In this document: positions 48,688 through 62,273 of the stretch, piece by piece | Layout: the number at the start of each line of letters is the position of its first letter | How positions within the stretch are numbered: position 1 is the first letter of the stretch | Assembly: GCA_051294375.1 (NCBI GenBank) | Contig: CM119263.1 | Coordinates: 20,736,115-20,800,114, forward strand | Direction of reading: 5' to 3' | Length of the DNA stretch: 64,000 bases | Source: Paraspadella gotoi | Taxonomy: Eukaryota; Animalia; Chaetognatha | The notes under the pieces: generated by a model | The model's database searches: none | The model's input: only the letters and a program-made list of their open reading frames with translations | What the model was told of the DNA's origin: nothing | Program-made: the position numbers and the translations under genes

Positions 48688-48770
48688 TCGGGTTAGGACT
48701 CGGGTGAGGACTTAGGTGAGGACTTAGGTGAGGACTTGGGTGATGAATCGATTAAGGACTTAAGTGAGTC
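48688..48770. repeat. 12-bp tandem repeat (GGTGAGGACTTA)n
   Basis: 4-5 degenerate units visible. Confidence 0.7.
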
Positions 48771-49081
48771 ACCACTTTAAGGTAAAAACTTCGCTTACAG
48801 CTCGAGTGGAGGTCACAAGTTCAGGAAGTTTTTTAATCAGAGGAAAAGGTTCATGGAGGAAAAGAAGGTGGAGGCGCTTTTTTCATTAGCATGACGAAAA
48901 TAGATTGAGGTCTAGACTAGTTTTGAGATTTCTGGCAATTTGATAATGTACATATTTTGCTGTGAACGTATTTTAAATTGTTCATTGTTTAAAATATTTG
49001 AGAAGGGTAAGAAATGTGTGGATAAGGCGCTAAGTGGGCAGAAGATGATTATCCGTAACTTCTATAACCCCCCTTAGAAGC

Positions 49082-49927
49082 TATGGAACGGGTCCTGGGC
49101 TTGGAACGCACTTGCCGAGGTTGCCACGCCCCAAGGCGGCTTACCGGCCGTCCTCACGCTTCCCCCAGGGTAGGTACCGGGTTTGGATTGAAACCCGGGT
49201 ACCTAGTGGTCATGAGCTGATGGCTTTACTACAATGAGCCACCGGGTCAGGACTGAAGGTAAGGCGTAGTGAAAGTTACGTATGGAAATTCTAAAAGTAA
49301 ATTGATGACAACATACCATCAGTAAACATTAATTTGTAAAAAAAATATTTTATGTTTTTTAATTTTCGCAGTCAGGCTATATTTTATATGATAAGTACTA
49401 TCCTTATAAATATCGAAAAATTTCAAAATAGGCTTTTCTTAATTTTGATTGCAGATTGAATCCTCGTCAAAAGTTGATAAAAGAAATATTAATTATTTTT
49501 AAAAATTCTTTCATTAAGTGGGTTAAAAATTAAAAAAAAATAATTTAATATATAAAAAGTTAATTTTCAGCTTAAAATATAGCTTTTTTTTAATTTTTGA
49601 ACCCAACTTAATGAAGGAATTTTTCAAAAGGGTTATATTTCTTTTTATCAACTTTTTATGACGAATCCAAATCTGCAAAAAAAAACTTTAAAAAAACTGT
49701 TTGAAATTTTAACATTTATTGAATTAGTACTAGTATAAATATGGCCTACTGCGTAATTTGTAAAATTTATTATAAATTTTGTTTTAATATATATATGTTC
49801 ATTAGTATAATGTTGTTCGTTCCTCACTTTTAGAATTTTTAATTTAAAGTTAAATTTAGAAATTTACTACGCCATACTGAAGGTGTCATGCTTATAGCGG
49901 GGTGAACCTAGGCAATGCCCGACTACA
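49082..49927 (-). mobile_element. Third GC-rich, solo-LTR-like element with a tRNA-like segment, split by a MITE at 49260-49876
   Basis: Minus strand reads TGTAGTCGGG...GTTCCATA. It contains an A-box-like TGGCTCATTGTAG, a CTCATGA loop and a B-box-like GGGTTTCAATCC. The inserted MITE has TAAGGCGTAG/CTACGCCATA ends and a duplicated (A)CTGAAGG. No outer TSD found. Confidence 0.5.
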
Positions 49928-50282
49928 AATGTCCAAAGACTAATGTCTAAGGTTTTAGTAAACGCAGAAGACTCAATAGGCTCAAAATTGTAGTCATATG
50001 TGAAATATTGTTTGTGGATTCAACTTCTAGCTCGCCCGAGAACTGGGCAAATCAGGGTCTTTACTTTTTTTTTTCATTTTTTCGTTTTTTGTTTTTTTGT
50101 TTTTTGTTTTTTTCCCAGATTTTCAATATTTAGAAAATGAGATGGCGACTTCAATCATGCATACATTTCCATTTTTCATTTCTTTTCTTGTCTGTTTTTT
50201 CTTTCTTTTTTTCTTTCTAGTCTTCTTTTTATATTTTCACTCTATTTCTATTCACTTTTTGGCTTTTTATTTTAGATTTGTT

Positions 50283-50338
<56 letters not shown>

Positions 50339-51018
50339 TTTTTTTCAATCTTTATTGTTTTTTTCTGTCTTTTTTAAATTTCCTTATTTGTTTTTTCTTT
50401 CTTTTCCTTCTTTCTTCTATCTTCGCCGCCATGCCCCATTTCCACTCGAAGGTCTGCCAAGCGATTTTTCTCTCTTCCGCGTCCGGGGGTGTGAAGTTCA
50501 CTTATCACCCGCGTGTTATTCACTAAGTGAATTTGAATTAATGTCTACCTGTAAGGTCTCGGTCTGTCTCTCTGTCTTTTCTTTTCGTCGAGGTGACATT
50601 GGTTTAACTGTCGTTTTTGATAGACGTAAAATAAAAATAAACATACCGATTGAATAAATAACTATGAAATATAAGAGATTCTTATAGAAAAATCTTAAAG
50701 GAACAGTTTGAATATTTTTGCAACAACAATTTGTTTAATGATAGACGAACATGTTTCGGCTCAAATTGAAGCGCCAAAATGTTTTGTGAATTACTCACAA
50801 ATTTTTCATNNNNNNNNNNNNNNNNNNNNNNNNNNNNNNNNNNNNNNNNNNNNNNNNNNNNNNNNNNNNNNNNNNNNNNNNNNNNNNNNNNNNNNNNNNN
50901 NNNNNNNNNNNNNNNNNNNNNNNNNNNNNNNNNNNNNNNNNNNNNNNNNNNNNNNNNNNNNNNNNNNNNNNNNNNNNNNNNNNNNNNNNNNNNNNNNNNN
51001 NNNNNNNNNNNNNNNNNN

Positions 51019-51050
<32 letters not shown>

Positions 51051-51550
51051 TAGAGAAAATAATAAATTTCTTAAAGTACAACAGTTGAAAAGATTTTTGT
51101 ATACTGAAATTTTTAACATNNNNNNNNNNNNNNNNNNNNNNNNNNNNNNNNNNNNNNNNNNNNNNNNNNNNNNNNNNNNNNNNNNNNNNNNNNNNNNNNN
51201 NNNNNNNNNNNNNNNNNNNNNNNNNNNNNNNNNNNNNNNNNNNNNNNNNNNNNNNNNNNNNNNNNNNNNNNNNNNNNNNNNNNNNNNNNNNNNNNNNNNN
51301 NNNNNNNNNNNNNNNNNNNNNNNNNNNNNNNNNNNNNNNNNNNNNNNNNNNNNNNNNNNNNNNNNNNNNNNNNNNNNNAAGAAAAGAAAATAGAAAGTGA
51401 AAGAGATACATTTGGTGAAGGATAGCAAAGTAATTAGTAACGTGAAAGGTTAAGAATTAATAAAGAGCTCAAAATGAGCTGGCCCCCCTTGGCTTTTGCA
51501 AATGAGAGACTTGGACGATAAGGCCGGGTCATTGACGTGTCATTGGTTGG

Positions 51551-51617
51551 GCTGGCAGAACGTCTCAACGTCCTCGCGGTGCCAGCGGGAACATCCCACG
51601 GGATGGCAAAAGAGACG
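51551..51617 (+). ncRNA. Second HDV-like ribozyme copy (more degenerate)
   Basis: P1 GCUGGC/GCCAGC; P2 CGUCUC/GAGACG; L3 UCCUCGC; GGGAA-CAUCC/GGAUG-GCAAA; P3 has a G-G mismatch. The ~75 nt downstream align with 48159-48236. Confidence 0.75.
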
Positions 51618-52663
51618 ACAGGCTCAAAAAACAAGGAGAAGGTCAAGCCGAGAGGTGGATCCCCGATCTGTTTTTATGGGCAACGGAGTGGGCATGGAAT
51701 TGCCACCCATGTCACCTGCTAAAACAAAAAAATGGCTACAGCAAGGACCCAACTCCGAAAATAATATAAAATTTCGACTTTTAGCAAAGTTTTTTAAGTT
51801 GTCTTGACTAAATATTTAAGCTATCATTTTCCAAAAAAATTTACATTATACGTCTTGATTAATACATTAAATATTACATTATAAAATTGTTTTTTAAATC
51901 TTAAAATTTAAGATGGATTCTGATAGAGCATAAAAAGTTAAACAAGAAATAAAATTACAGCTTTTAAAAATTCTTACACTTTCTAAGTGAAAATAAAAAA
52001 ACAACTGATAAAATCATTGAAAGATGATGATGATAATGATTTTTTATGGTTTTTCTTATTTTTGAATCACTTATCATGAAAATATTGAAAAAAGAATTAT
52101 ACTTTGTGTAGACAACTTTTTATTAGCTATCTGAATCTGGTCTTAAAATTACCCCTACTACTACTACTACCCCTACTACAGCCTCTCAAGGCTGCGTCGT
52201 ATGATTTATTTATAGTCGAGGAAAGAAGAAGGTTGATGGCGGTGGGAAAGTGTGTGATAAAGCTGGATATAAAGTTTCCGACGGTAATCGTGTGAGTAGA
52301 AATGAGTTTAAGTGGAAAAAAACAAGTCGCATTTACTAAAATATTTTTACTTATTTTAACCATAAGTACTCATAATTAATCATAATTGGATGGATAGATT
52401 GAGTTCAAATTTTTCATGTGTGGGTAGAAAAATGTGTAAACGATGCTAATGATATAAGTTTCGGTGGAAACGTACGAGTGGAAATGAGTTTAAATTAAAA
52501 AATATGAGTCACATTTACTTGAATCTTTTTACTTATTTTAACCCATAATAGATTGAGATGAAATTTTGTGAGTGGGTAAGAGAGAGAGAGAGAGAGAGGA
52601 GTGAGAGAGCAGAAAATGAGCATAAGGATCGTCGCAATTGCAAGAGAGAGAGAGAGAGAAGAG

Positions 52664-52708
<45 letters not shown>

Positions 52709-52741
52709 CAGTAAAAATTGAGCATAAGGAACGCTCGCATT

Positions 52742-52773
<32 letters not shown>

Positions 52774-52828
52774 CAGAAAAATGAGCATAAGGATCGTTGC
52801 AATTACAAAGAGAGGAGAAGAGAGACAG

Positions 52829-52862
<34 letters not shown>

Positions 52863-55800
52863 AAGAGAGAGTATTCCGGATTAAAATTAGCAAAAAAAAA
52901 AGTTGTTATTTTACTCACTGAATAAAATGCTTTTAAATACTTACAAAATACATATAAAATTGATAAAAAATATTATTCCGATAACATTGTTTATATCACA
53001 TGCAATATATACACTAGTAAGGCGGGCGCAAAAATTGAACACGTTTTATAACTTCTAGTTCTCTCAAAAAAATTTATTTTTTCCTTCTACTAACTAAATC
53101 GATTTTCAATGTAACTTTTTGAATTAGTTCATTGGGTTGTTGCACTGAAGCTTTTAAATTTTTATTAAAATATATATAATTATAATAAAGTTTTGACGGA
53201 ATTGTGTCAGTGGAAATTGAGTTTAAGATGGAAAAAAACATAAAGTCACATTTACTTGAATCTTTAGTAATAATGATTATAAATAAATGTTTTAAAATTA
53301 ATTAATTAATTAATTAATTAATTATGTGAAAAAATGATGCAGTTAAAGAATCTTAAAAGCATAAAAGATCGTCGCAATTGCATAAAAAGAAGAGAGAGAG
53401 AGAGCAGAGAGAGTGAGAGGAGTGAGAGAGAGAGAGAAGGAGACATAAAATAAAATAGAGGATATTTGGTTTTTTTTGAAAAAATAGTAAACAAAACATA
53501 TTTAATAACTGTCCTAACCCAATTTTAAAGACATCGATGATGATAAGTTGAATATAAATTTAAAATTAATTATTACATATTAAAATTAATTTAATTAATT
53601 AATTAATCGATTAATTAATTAATTAATTAATTATCGTGAGGCAGATTCCGACATTGTTTGCTCAAACTTGTTTATGTATAAGTTTCATTTCGTGTTTTAT
53701 TCATTTACTATTTACTATTTATGAATTATATTTATTAAATATTTGAAGTATAGTAAAGATTTTTTTAGTGTCACTCGCGAACGGACACGGGGTAGAGCTC
53801 CCAGAAATACCATGCATTTTTGAAAGTTTCTGATACCTGCAAAGTTTCTTGTGCCAAATTTAGTGGAGAAAACGAATATCAAAATAAAAAATTTCCCTGA
53901 GGTTTCGCATACAATCAGAGTCTTTTAGACAACGAAATCTGAACTTCAATAATTACCATCTTTCGTGATCTCATTGGTTAGTACGAAGCTTTCTTCATTT
54001 AAAAAAATGGTAGTCTCAAGTTATCTCCTTCTTATCACTTAGAACTTCCCATGTAAATTTCTATGAGTTAAAAATATGGTAAGACATGATTTCTTCAATG
54101 ATTGTTTATCTAATCTCATTAACTGCTTAATTTTAGAAATAAGTATGTTTGAATTTTTATGGTACAGATAAATTTTAAAGATAGAATTCCTTAATAGAAT
54201 CTTCGTGTCTTTTACTTACACAAAAGGTCTTAGGTAAGACGCCATATAATCTGATACAATTTTTAGTCGGATCTGCTTTTCAGCGGATCCCGACTCTATA
54301 ATTCACTTTGTCGGTCCGTCGGTCCGCCCCCTCAATATTGTCGGGCATTGACTTATATCATGTCAGAACATTGATTTATGATAAATTATGGAAAAAAAAA
54401 CGATGTCCATCCATCCGTCTGTCTCTCTGTCTGTCTGTCTGTTCGTCCGTCCCACCTTAGAAAAAAACACCAATTACTTGTGATTTCATGGATGGATAGG
54501 AATGAAATTTTGTAAGTGGGTAGGAAAGTGTGTGATTAAGCTGGAAATTAAGTTTCGATGGAATCTTTCAAGTGGAAATGAGTTAAAATGAAAAAAACAA
54601 AAAACCAGTTTCACTAATTGATTATGCTTCTTTTTCTTTTTACAGTAAATGTAAATCAAATAATTAATCAGTTAATCAATTAGTCAATTAATTAATCAAT
54701 AATTAATTAATCAGTTAATCAATCAAGTCAATCATTATTGGCATTATTCTTATCGTCGTTATTGCTTTTGTCGTGGTTAGTGACGAAAAGACCTAAAAAC
54801 AAATTTTGGATAAAATTAATTAATTAATTGCCTAATTAATTAATTAACTTGTTTTCTTCTGATTAAGTGTAGCCCCTCTCAATGGGTGAGTCAAAAATTT
54901 AGAATGGGAACATGCTCAAATGAAAATTTATACATTTTTAAGTATACTTTCAATGTACAAAAAATTTTTATATGGCTCTATACCCAAATATTTATTTTTT
55001 AATATTTAATTATAGAAAGGAAAAGAGTTCGACCCTATTCAGATTGTCTAAAAACGAGTTCAGCTGTGAAGCGGCTGTGCAGCGGCTGTCCAGCTTCTGT
55101 CTCTCTCTCTTTCTCTATCTCTCTCTGTACCTCTCTTTCTCTCTCTCTCACTCTGTAAGATCTCTTGCGTGATCGTGCGTTTTTTGAAAAATTCTGATTA
55201 TTGTTTTCCTTCTAAAAACTTTTATTATCTCCATTTATTCCGCGCTTTTTTCTCTCGACCTGGATTTTGTTGGCCGTTGCGGGGCAACGAGTAAACAATG
55301 TCGAGGAACATGACCTAATAACTAGGACTAAGCTCTGACGAACAAAGCCCGAGGTTTTTTAATATATTCTTATACCGCCAAGGTAGAATGATGGCAATAT
55401 TGTTAATATTAAGTTTCAAAAAAATCAACCATAAATATAGAAAATATTAACCAAAATCTTCGGAAAATCACCCCTTCTTTGGAAATTTTTGCCATAGAAG
55501 ATTTTTCCCGAATCTGATTCCCGGTTGAAAACTCTTAGAATTCCGATCATTAGCTCCTCTTTTACTTTTACTTTAAATAAAAATTTCACCAAAATGCAAT
55601 AATTCACTTTACCATGATCATAATATATCAAAATAAGCAAATAAAATGTAAAGAAAAATTTTGAAAGCCCTTCAGACACTTTGCAAAAGGATTCTAAAAT
55701 TGGACCTCATTTGTTGAACAGGAATATACCTCAGTCACGTTTATATCGTTTTCAAGGAAAAAAATCCCTTTCATTTCTATATAAAATCAGAGATAGAAAA

Positions 55801-57262
55801 TTTTTTTGTCCAGAAGCAGTCTATTTGTTTTGGCTTATTTGATATCAAGATGTTGATGATTTGACAAGAGAAAAAAGATGCAAAAAAGATGCAACAGGAT
55901 CGGAATCAAGTGTTTTTACATCGATATTTTACCAGAATTTTTACCAGGAGCATTTATATTGTTTGGTAGTCAGATTTGAACAAAAATCTCCATTGAAAAA
56001 GTCTTCCTCGATCTCTAAGAACGACGTAGATTCCTATAATAACAAGTTTCGACGGAAACGTTACATGTATAAAAAAAATCAACATGACCCAATTTCAAGA
56101 CGGCGAGGCGTTGAATGTAAACAAAAGGAAAAATCAACTTGACCTAGTTGACACATGGCGGAAACTTTGTATAAAAAAACTGTGTATAAAAAAAATCAAC
56201 ATGACCTAATTTCACACTCATGCACTTTCCTCACCTTTTTTTCTCATCTTCATTCTTTCCCTTTTTTTCCCTTTCTTTTCCCTTTCTTTTCCCCTCTTTT
56301 TCTTTATATTTTTTCCCTCTTTTCTCACCTTACAATTGTTTCACTATTTTTTCTCCATTTGCCTTCGTTTTTTTGCCTTTTACCCTCTTTTTCATTCTCT
56401 CCCCATCTCCTTTTCTTGTTTTCCCTTTCCTATTTTCTCTCACTATGTTTACATTGAGCCAAATCTTTAATATGCAATATAAGAAAGAAAATGAACGGTA
56501 GCGCATGATTTTTCTTTCAGTTTTGGTTGCTTAGCAAATTTAGTAAATCGACAGATTTTGCGGAAAAATTTTCCACAAAATCTGTCGATTCTGAGAAAAA
56601 ATAAGTCCTGACACCTTCTATTGGGTTAAAAGGATGCGGTTTTTTTTTATTAATCAACTAATAAATGAGTTGAAAATATTCTTTTTATGAAAAATAAATG
56701 CAAGTCACAAAAAGTCACAAATTAAAAATGTCTTTAAAAATTATTTGTGACTAAATCAAAGAAGTTTTTTTGATAATTTTATAGGTGTTAAAAGGTTATT
56801 CAATAGGCTATATTTTCTGTTAATTTCAACCAATTTGATTAATTTTTGTTTAACAAATTATGATAAAGACTGAAACTGCAACTTTTTGACTTGTTAACTT
56901 TAAAATTAATTCATAGGCAAACTGTAAATGATTTAAGCTAATAAATTTACCCAGGGGTAAAGAGGATAAGGAAGAATGGATTTCCAAAGTAAAAAAATTT
57001 TCTCAACTTTCCTTGGCATTTAAATCAGAAGTCGTAAGTAAAAATGGACAAAAATGGATATAATTTTTTTTCCTAAAAGTTGCCAAAATGGTACTCTTTT
57101 ATCATTAGAAACGGGTGGAGATGTTTCTAACCAATCCTTCGTTCGGCCTTATTTGTGTTGTGGTACAAAGTTAATCAACATTGTAAGTAACAACTGAACA
57201 ATATTGGAAAGAGACGTTTTTTTCCTAAATGCAACGTTTGTAAGCGGAACCCTGAATGCTCT

Positions 57263-59806
57263 TTATATGGATTTTCTACGCCAGGCTCCCATCCTTGAGG
57301 CGTTCGTTGTTCGAGGACGGCTCCGACTGCTATATCGGAGGCGTCAGTGGTGAGCGTCAGCTGTGCGTTGGTGCGAGGATGTCAGAGAAGCACCACTTTG
57401 GCGAGCAGTTAAGTTGCTTGGGTTTGCCTGCTAAAACGTCGTACAGGGCAGCGGCATGGTGAGCTGCGTTTGGTATAAAACGCCGGTAATAATTCACCAT
57501 GCCTAAAAACCTTTGCAACTCCTTAACGGTTGTAGGTGGGTTTGTTTCACGAATGGTGTCGACCTTCTACGGCAGCGGCTTGACTCCAGTTGCATCCACC
57601 AGGTAGCCTAAAAATTCGAGTGACGATTGTCCCACGAAGCACTTTTTCCTGTTGATAACAAGGCCGTTGTCGGCAAGGGAGTCGAAGACTTCCTTCAGGT
57701 CGTGGAGGTGTTCCTCTTGATTGGCACTGGCGACGAGAATATCAAGTATGCGGAATATCCCCCAATATTTCGTCCATAATCCGCTGAAAGTCTTGCCCCG
57801 CGTTCTTGAGGCTGAAGGGGGTGTGGAGAAAGACGAATAGGCCAAAGGGGGTTATAACCGCTGTCTTAGGAATATCTTCTTCTGCCACAGGGATCTGATG
57901 ATACCCCTTCAGCAGGTCGATTTTCGAAAAGATCTTCCCTGCCAATTCCGCGTTGAAATCCGCTAGAAGTTTGACAGGGTATTTGTCGTCCTTGGTGTTA
58001 GCATTGAGACGACGGAAGTCTCCACAACACCTCCATCCACCGTCTGCTTTGGGAATGCATAGTAGAGGAGACGACCAAGTGCTTTTGGCCCGTTTAGCAA
58101 CGCTGACAAGGACAATTTTTCCAATTCGGCCTTCGCCACGGCGAGTTTCTTCGGCGGAAGGCGGCGTGCTCGCGCTTGGCTGGGTTCGACCGAACGTTGG
58201 AATGTGATGCTTGACTCCGTGCTTTGGTTCCTTGATTTCAAAGGTAGGAGTCGCTAAGGTCGGATATTGGTCGAGTAGTTTGTAGTAGGCGTTGTTTTCC
58301 TCTTCAATTAAATTCGCGTGGGATGGGGGAGGGATGTTGGAGACGTCGCAGGAGATGGTCGATAGATCTTTGAGGTCGAGCAGAGTCCCGTCTCGATGAA
58401 TGGGGGCCAAATAAAATTCGGCTAAAAAGTCTGCCCCCAGTATGCCTTGTGTGACGTCCGCCACAACAAAGTCGAATGAAAATACCCTAGAGCCGAGTAC
58501 TACTCGGCGGCGGATGTTGCCGTAGGCGTTGATCGACGTGCCATTGGCCGCTTTAAGTTTTGGACCAGTTGGTCCTGCCACCCGCTGGGCTGCTGTCGGA
58601 GGGACGAGTGAAAGAATGGCACCTCCATTGATGAGCCATTTGCGTCCGTCGGAGGCGTCCTTGACATGCAGCAAGAAGTTATCGGATGAATCTGAGGTGG
58701 CGCGGGGCACAGCGTTCACCTGCGCTGGCCAGGGGCGCCGTTTCCCTATGCCGGCTCTTTACATTTCCATCGTTCGCTTGCAATGAAAGGCGGCGTTGCC
58801 GAACTTCAAGTGCCTCTTGCAAACTTGTTTGAGTCGGGCGTTTGGTGGACGAGTAGTCATTGACGGGCCGCTCGAGGAGTTCTGGCGCCATGCGTTGTTC
58901 TGGGAGCAATTTCTATTGCGGCGTTGCCCTTGAACTGCGTTGACGCCGGCGTCGTTTTCTCCTTCGGAGTTGCTTATCGAATTTTCGACGGGATTGTCGA
59001 GCGTTGCGGCGCTAATCGTCGGCGTTGGCGCCGCGAGAGTCGGACGGCCTTGCGAGTCGAAGAATTTGTCAGCTGCCTTAGCCAACTGGGAGGCCGTGCA
59101 GTTGTCCGCTTTGTCTTCGAGTGATCGCCTTATTTCTATGGGAAGTCCTCTAAAAATAGTTTCCTTTTTCAAATCGTCAATCGTTAGTGCCTTTATTTTG
59201 TCCTCGAGGCGGGCGAGATGCTGAGACGGCTTTAAGCCGTCTCTCGTGAAACCGCCAAGCATTATCGCCGCCTGCTGGCGCGGCGTGGTTCCATATTCCT
59301 TGCGGAGGTACGAGATAAACGCCGTCCAGTTGGCTTCCGTTGGTTCGCCATAAAGGAAGGCGTTAATACGCGGATTAGTATCGACGCTGATCTTTGCCTC
59401 CAGATGGGCGAATTTCTCGCTCGCTTCGCGTATATTGGCGCGGATGGAGGCCGCTTCTACTCGACGAATCCAAATCTCGATGTTTTGGAGTCAAACGCCG
59501 GTAGTTCCGGCTTTTTCTTTTTCTTCAATGACTTTAGGGCCGCCGCCAATGCTGAGCGGAGAGCCTCGGTCTCGTCGGAGCCATGTTGCCGTTGGCGTGT
59601 GCGAAGGTTCTTAGATTCTGATTAGTCGGTGGGAAGGCGAAGAATCTGGGGACGCTGGCGGAAGCACAGAAGCTGCCGGCGCCTGTAGGGACGGTGAGAA
59701 TAACTTGTTGGCGTAGACGGGCAGTTTGACGCATCTCCCTTGAACTCGCTCATCGATGGGTTGGGCGTAGAGAAGGTTGGATTTGTTTGTCATCGGGATT
59801 ACCAAT
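57263..59806 (-). mobile_element. Decayed, 3'-truncated Ty3/Gypsy element (gag, protease, RT, start of RNase H)
   Basis: PBS TGGTAATCCCGATG at ~59791-59804, directly after an LTR end ...CTACA. Gag motifs LPAFD and CKRHLKFG..AFHC; pol motifs ILGADFL, CCGDFRRLN, KIDLLKGYHQIP. Frameshifts; degenerate protease site (LINGGA). Confidence 0.9.
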
Positions 59807-62273
59807 GTAGATGGCGAAAAACAACTTACTTTGACACCACCTTTAGATCGTGCGTTGACAAGCCACTTGAGACGAGTTCAAAGGCTTCGAGAGGTCCGCG
59901 AAGGTCAGCAGAACGTCGGCCGGAAGTGGCGTAGAGATTGGCCCACGTGGCGTGAAGAAATTTGGAGACGAAAGCTTCGACCAAGTTTGTATTAGCGAAT
60001 AGAACTAACTTGTTTGGTTAGTGCATAAAAAAATGACCTTAATAAAATAATCAAAGAATATAGATATTCATATTGCTTTTGCCAACAAGCAATGAGAATA
60101 TCGATATGTAAAATCACAATGAAATTAATTGTTTAATTAATAAACAATAATAAGAATTAATGAACCAAATGTAGAGACTACTAATAAGCTTAGACTTTTT
60201 GTCCACAGTGTCCGGCATGGTTAGTTATAACCAAATGATTTTTGAAATAATTTTTTTTACAAAAATTCGATACAACTAATTTATTTTTTACAATATTCTT
60301 TTAGAGGAAATTTTGTTAAAAAATTTCAATTTAAAAAAAAGAAAAACCTTAATTCTTAACTAGGACAATTATAACTTGGAGAAAAAAAAATAAAAAGCAA
60401 AAAATGACAAAAGAAGAAAGAAACATAATTGAATCCAATTATCATTAAGATGTGGAGATTAGAGGCAAGTTGTTTGTCAATGTTAATTCATTTCTTTTCA
60501 TTTGAAAAGGAGATTTTTCAAATTTTTTTTTTTCGTTAATGTGATAATTATTCATTAGAATAAGTTATATTGCTAAGGTGTAGTTAGGTATATCTAAGGT
60601 ATATGGACTTTGACATCATTGTCTTATTCTGAATCATTCTTATATCATATTTCTTATCATCAATTCCATTTAATCCTTTTTATTGGCATTGTTTTTATGA
60701 TGACGCCTAATTTTTGGGCCATGAAATTTTTTTGTGGAAGGAAATTTAAAATAATATTAAAACTAGAAAGCTGTGATGGAAACTAAAACAAATTTAGATA
60801 TTTGATTAATTCAATACGAAATTTAGTGTTTAGAATTGTCTCTTACTGTTTTTACTAAAAAAAAATTCAGGAAACGATCTAAGAAAACCATGATAGAATT
60901 ATTTTCTTTTTTATCAAATTTAAAAAATCATACAAACATATTTACCATTTTATAAGGTAACGAATAAAGTTTTTGAAATATAATTACTTACAATATAACA
61001 ACCTACTAAAAACCAACTAATTGCACTGTCGGCATACTTTTTCGATCAATGGGAGTGGCGATATTCGTTGAGGTGCAGCCTAATGATACAGAGTCCCGAG
61101 TTCGAGACCGAGGAGCCACTCTTTTTATTTATTTTATAATTAAATATAAATTAAGTTAAAAATATATCGAAATGTTTTTTCGATCGGCCTTGGCCGTCGG
61201 CAATCACTAGTGGCTTGTGGAGGAATTATGTTGGGTTTGAATCCCACAGGGTTAGCGTTGAGTAGTTTAGGGTTAGGGTTGAGTAGTTTAAGTTTAAGGT
61301 TAGGGTTAGGGTTGAGTTACGTTAAGTTTATTTTAGGGTTAATGTTAATGTTTATTTTTGCAAGAAATCCAAATCCGATCTTAAAATTTAAAAGTTTAGT
61401 TTTAAAAATTTTAGCCTATTATATACTTATTATTATATATAAATATAGCTTCTGGTGCCCACTAATGTATAAAATTAAAAAGTTAATTTATCAAAGGTAT
61501 TTTTTTTGGTTTTTATTTATATTTTATATGTTAAATTTTAATTTTCGAAAATTTTATAATTTTCACATCACTCTAATCATCATCTTTCGATGATTTTATC
61601 GATTTTTTTAGATTTTTACTGAAAAAACGTAAGAATTTTTAAAAGCTGTATCTTGTTTAACTTTTTATGCTCTATCAGAATCCATCACAAAATTTTAAGA
61701 TTTCAATTTTTTTTTCTTTTATTAGTAATATAATAATTTTAATTAGGCTAGTACCCTCTGAAAAAGGGTTTTTGACAAAAAATATTTTAATATTTTAATA
61801 TTTTAATCTATGCTCATGATAGATTATTTGGCGAAATGCTCTTCCATGCCCCCTTGCCGTATGAGAGTAGGCTGGGGCATATCGTGTACTTTTCTTTATC
61901 TCATCGATCGAACAACAAAAAAAAGTTGTAAAATACATAGGTTTGTTTAATTATAATATTTTTTTAAAAATAATATGTGATCTTCACGATAGCAAATCGG
62001 GCTAAATAGTCGGACTATTTTTTTGGCGTAGAGATACACCGATTCACTCATTAAGTTATAAATTTCACTTCATCGTTAAAAAAAAATAATCCATCCAACC
62101 ACAAAGCGTGCATATAAAAAATCGACCAATCAGCATTCATTATTTTGCGGGTAATCATTTTGCTACTCATTTGTTTATTAGTTACGAAGAGAAAATTTCG
62201 AAAGTTTTTAGAATTAGAATTTTTAAAAAATAAGTAGAATAGTATTAGTTTTAGTACTAGACTAGACTTTGCA

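Noticed and set aside
50682-51428. Long ORFs in the ORF track
   Set aside because: Artefacts of N gaps (50810-51018, 51120-51378; also 32600-32699) and (AG)n runs.
60204-61029. Second Transib-like element (CACAGTG...CACTGTC)
   Set aside because: The TIR match is too short and there is no 5-bp TSD.
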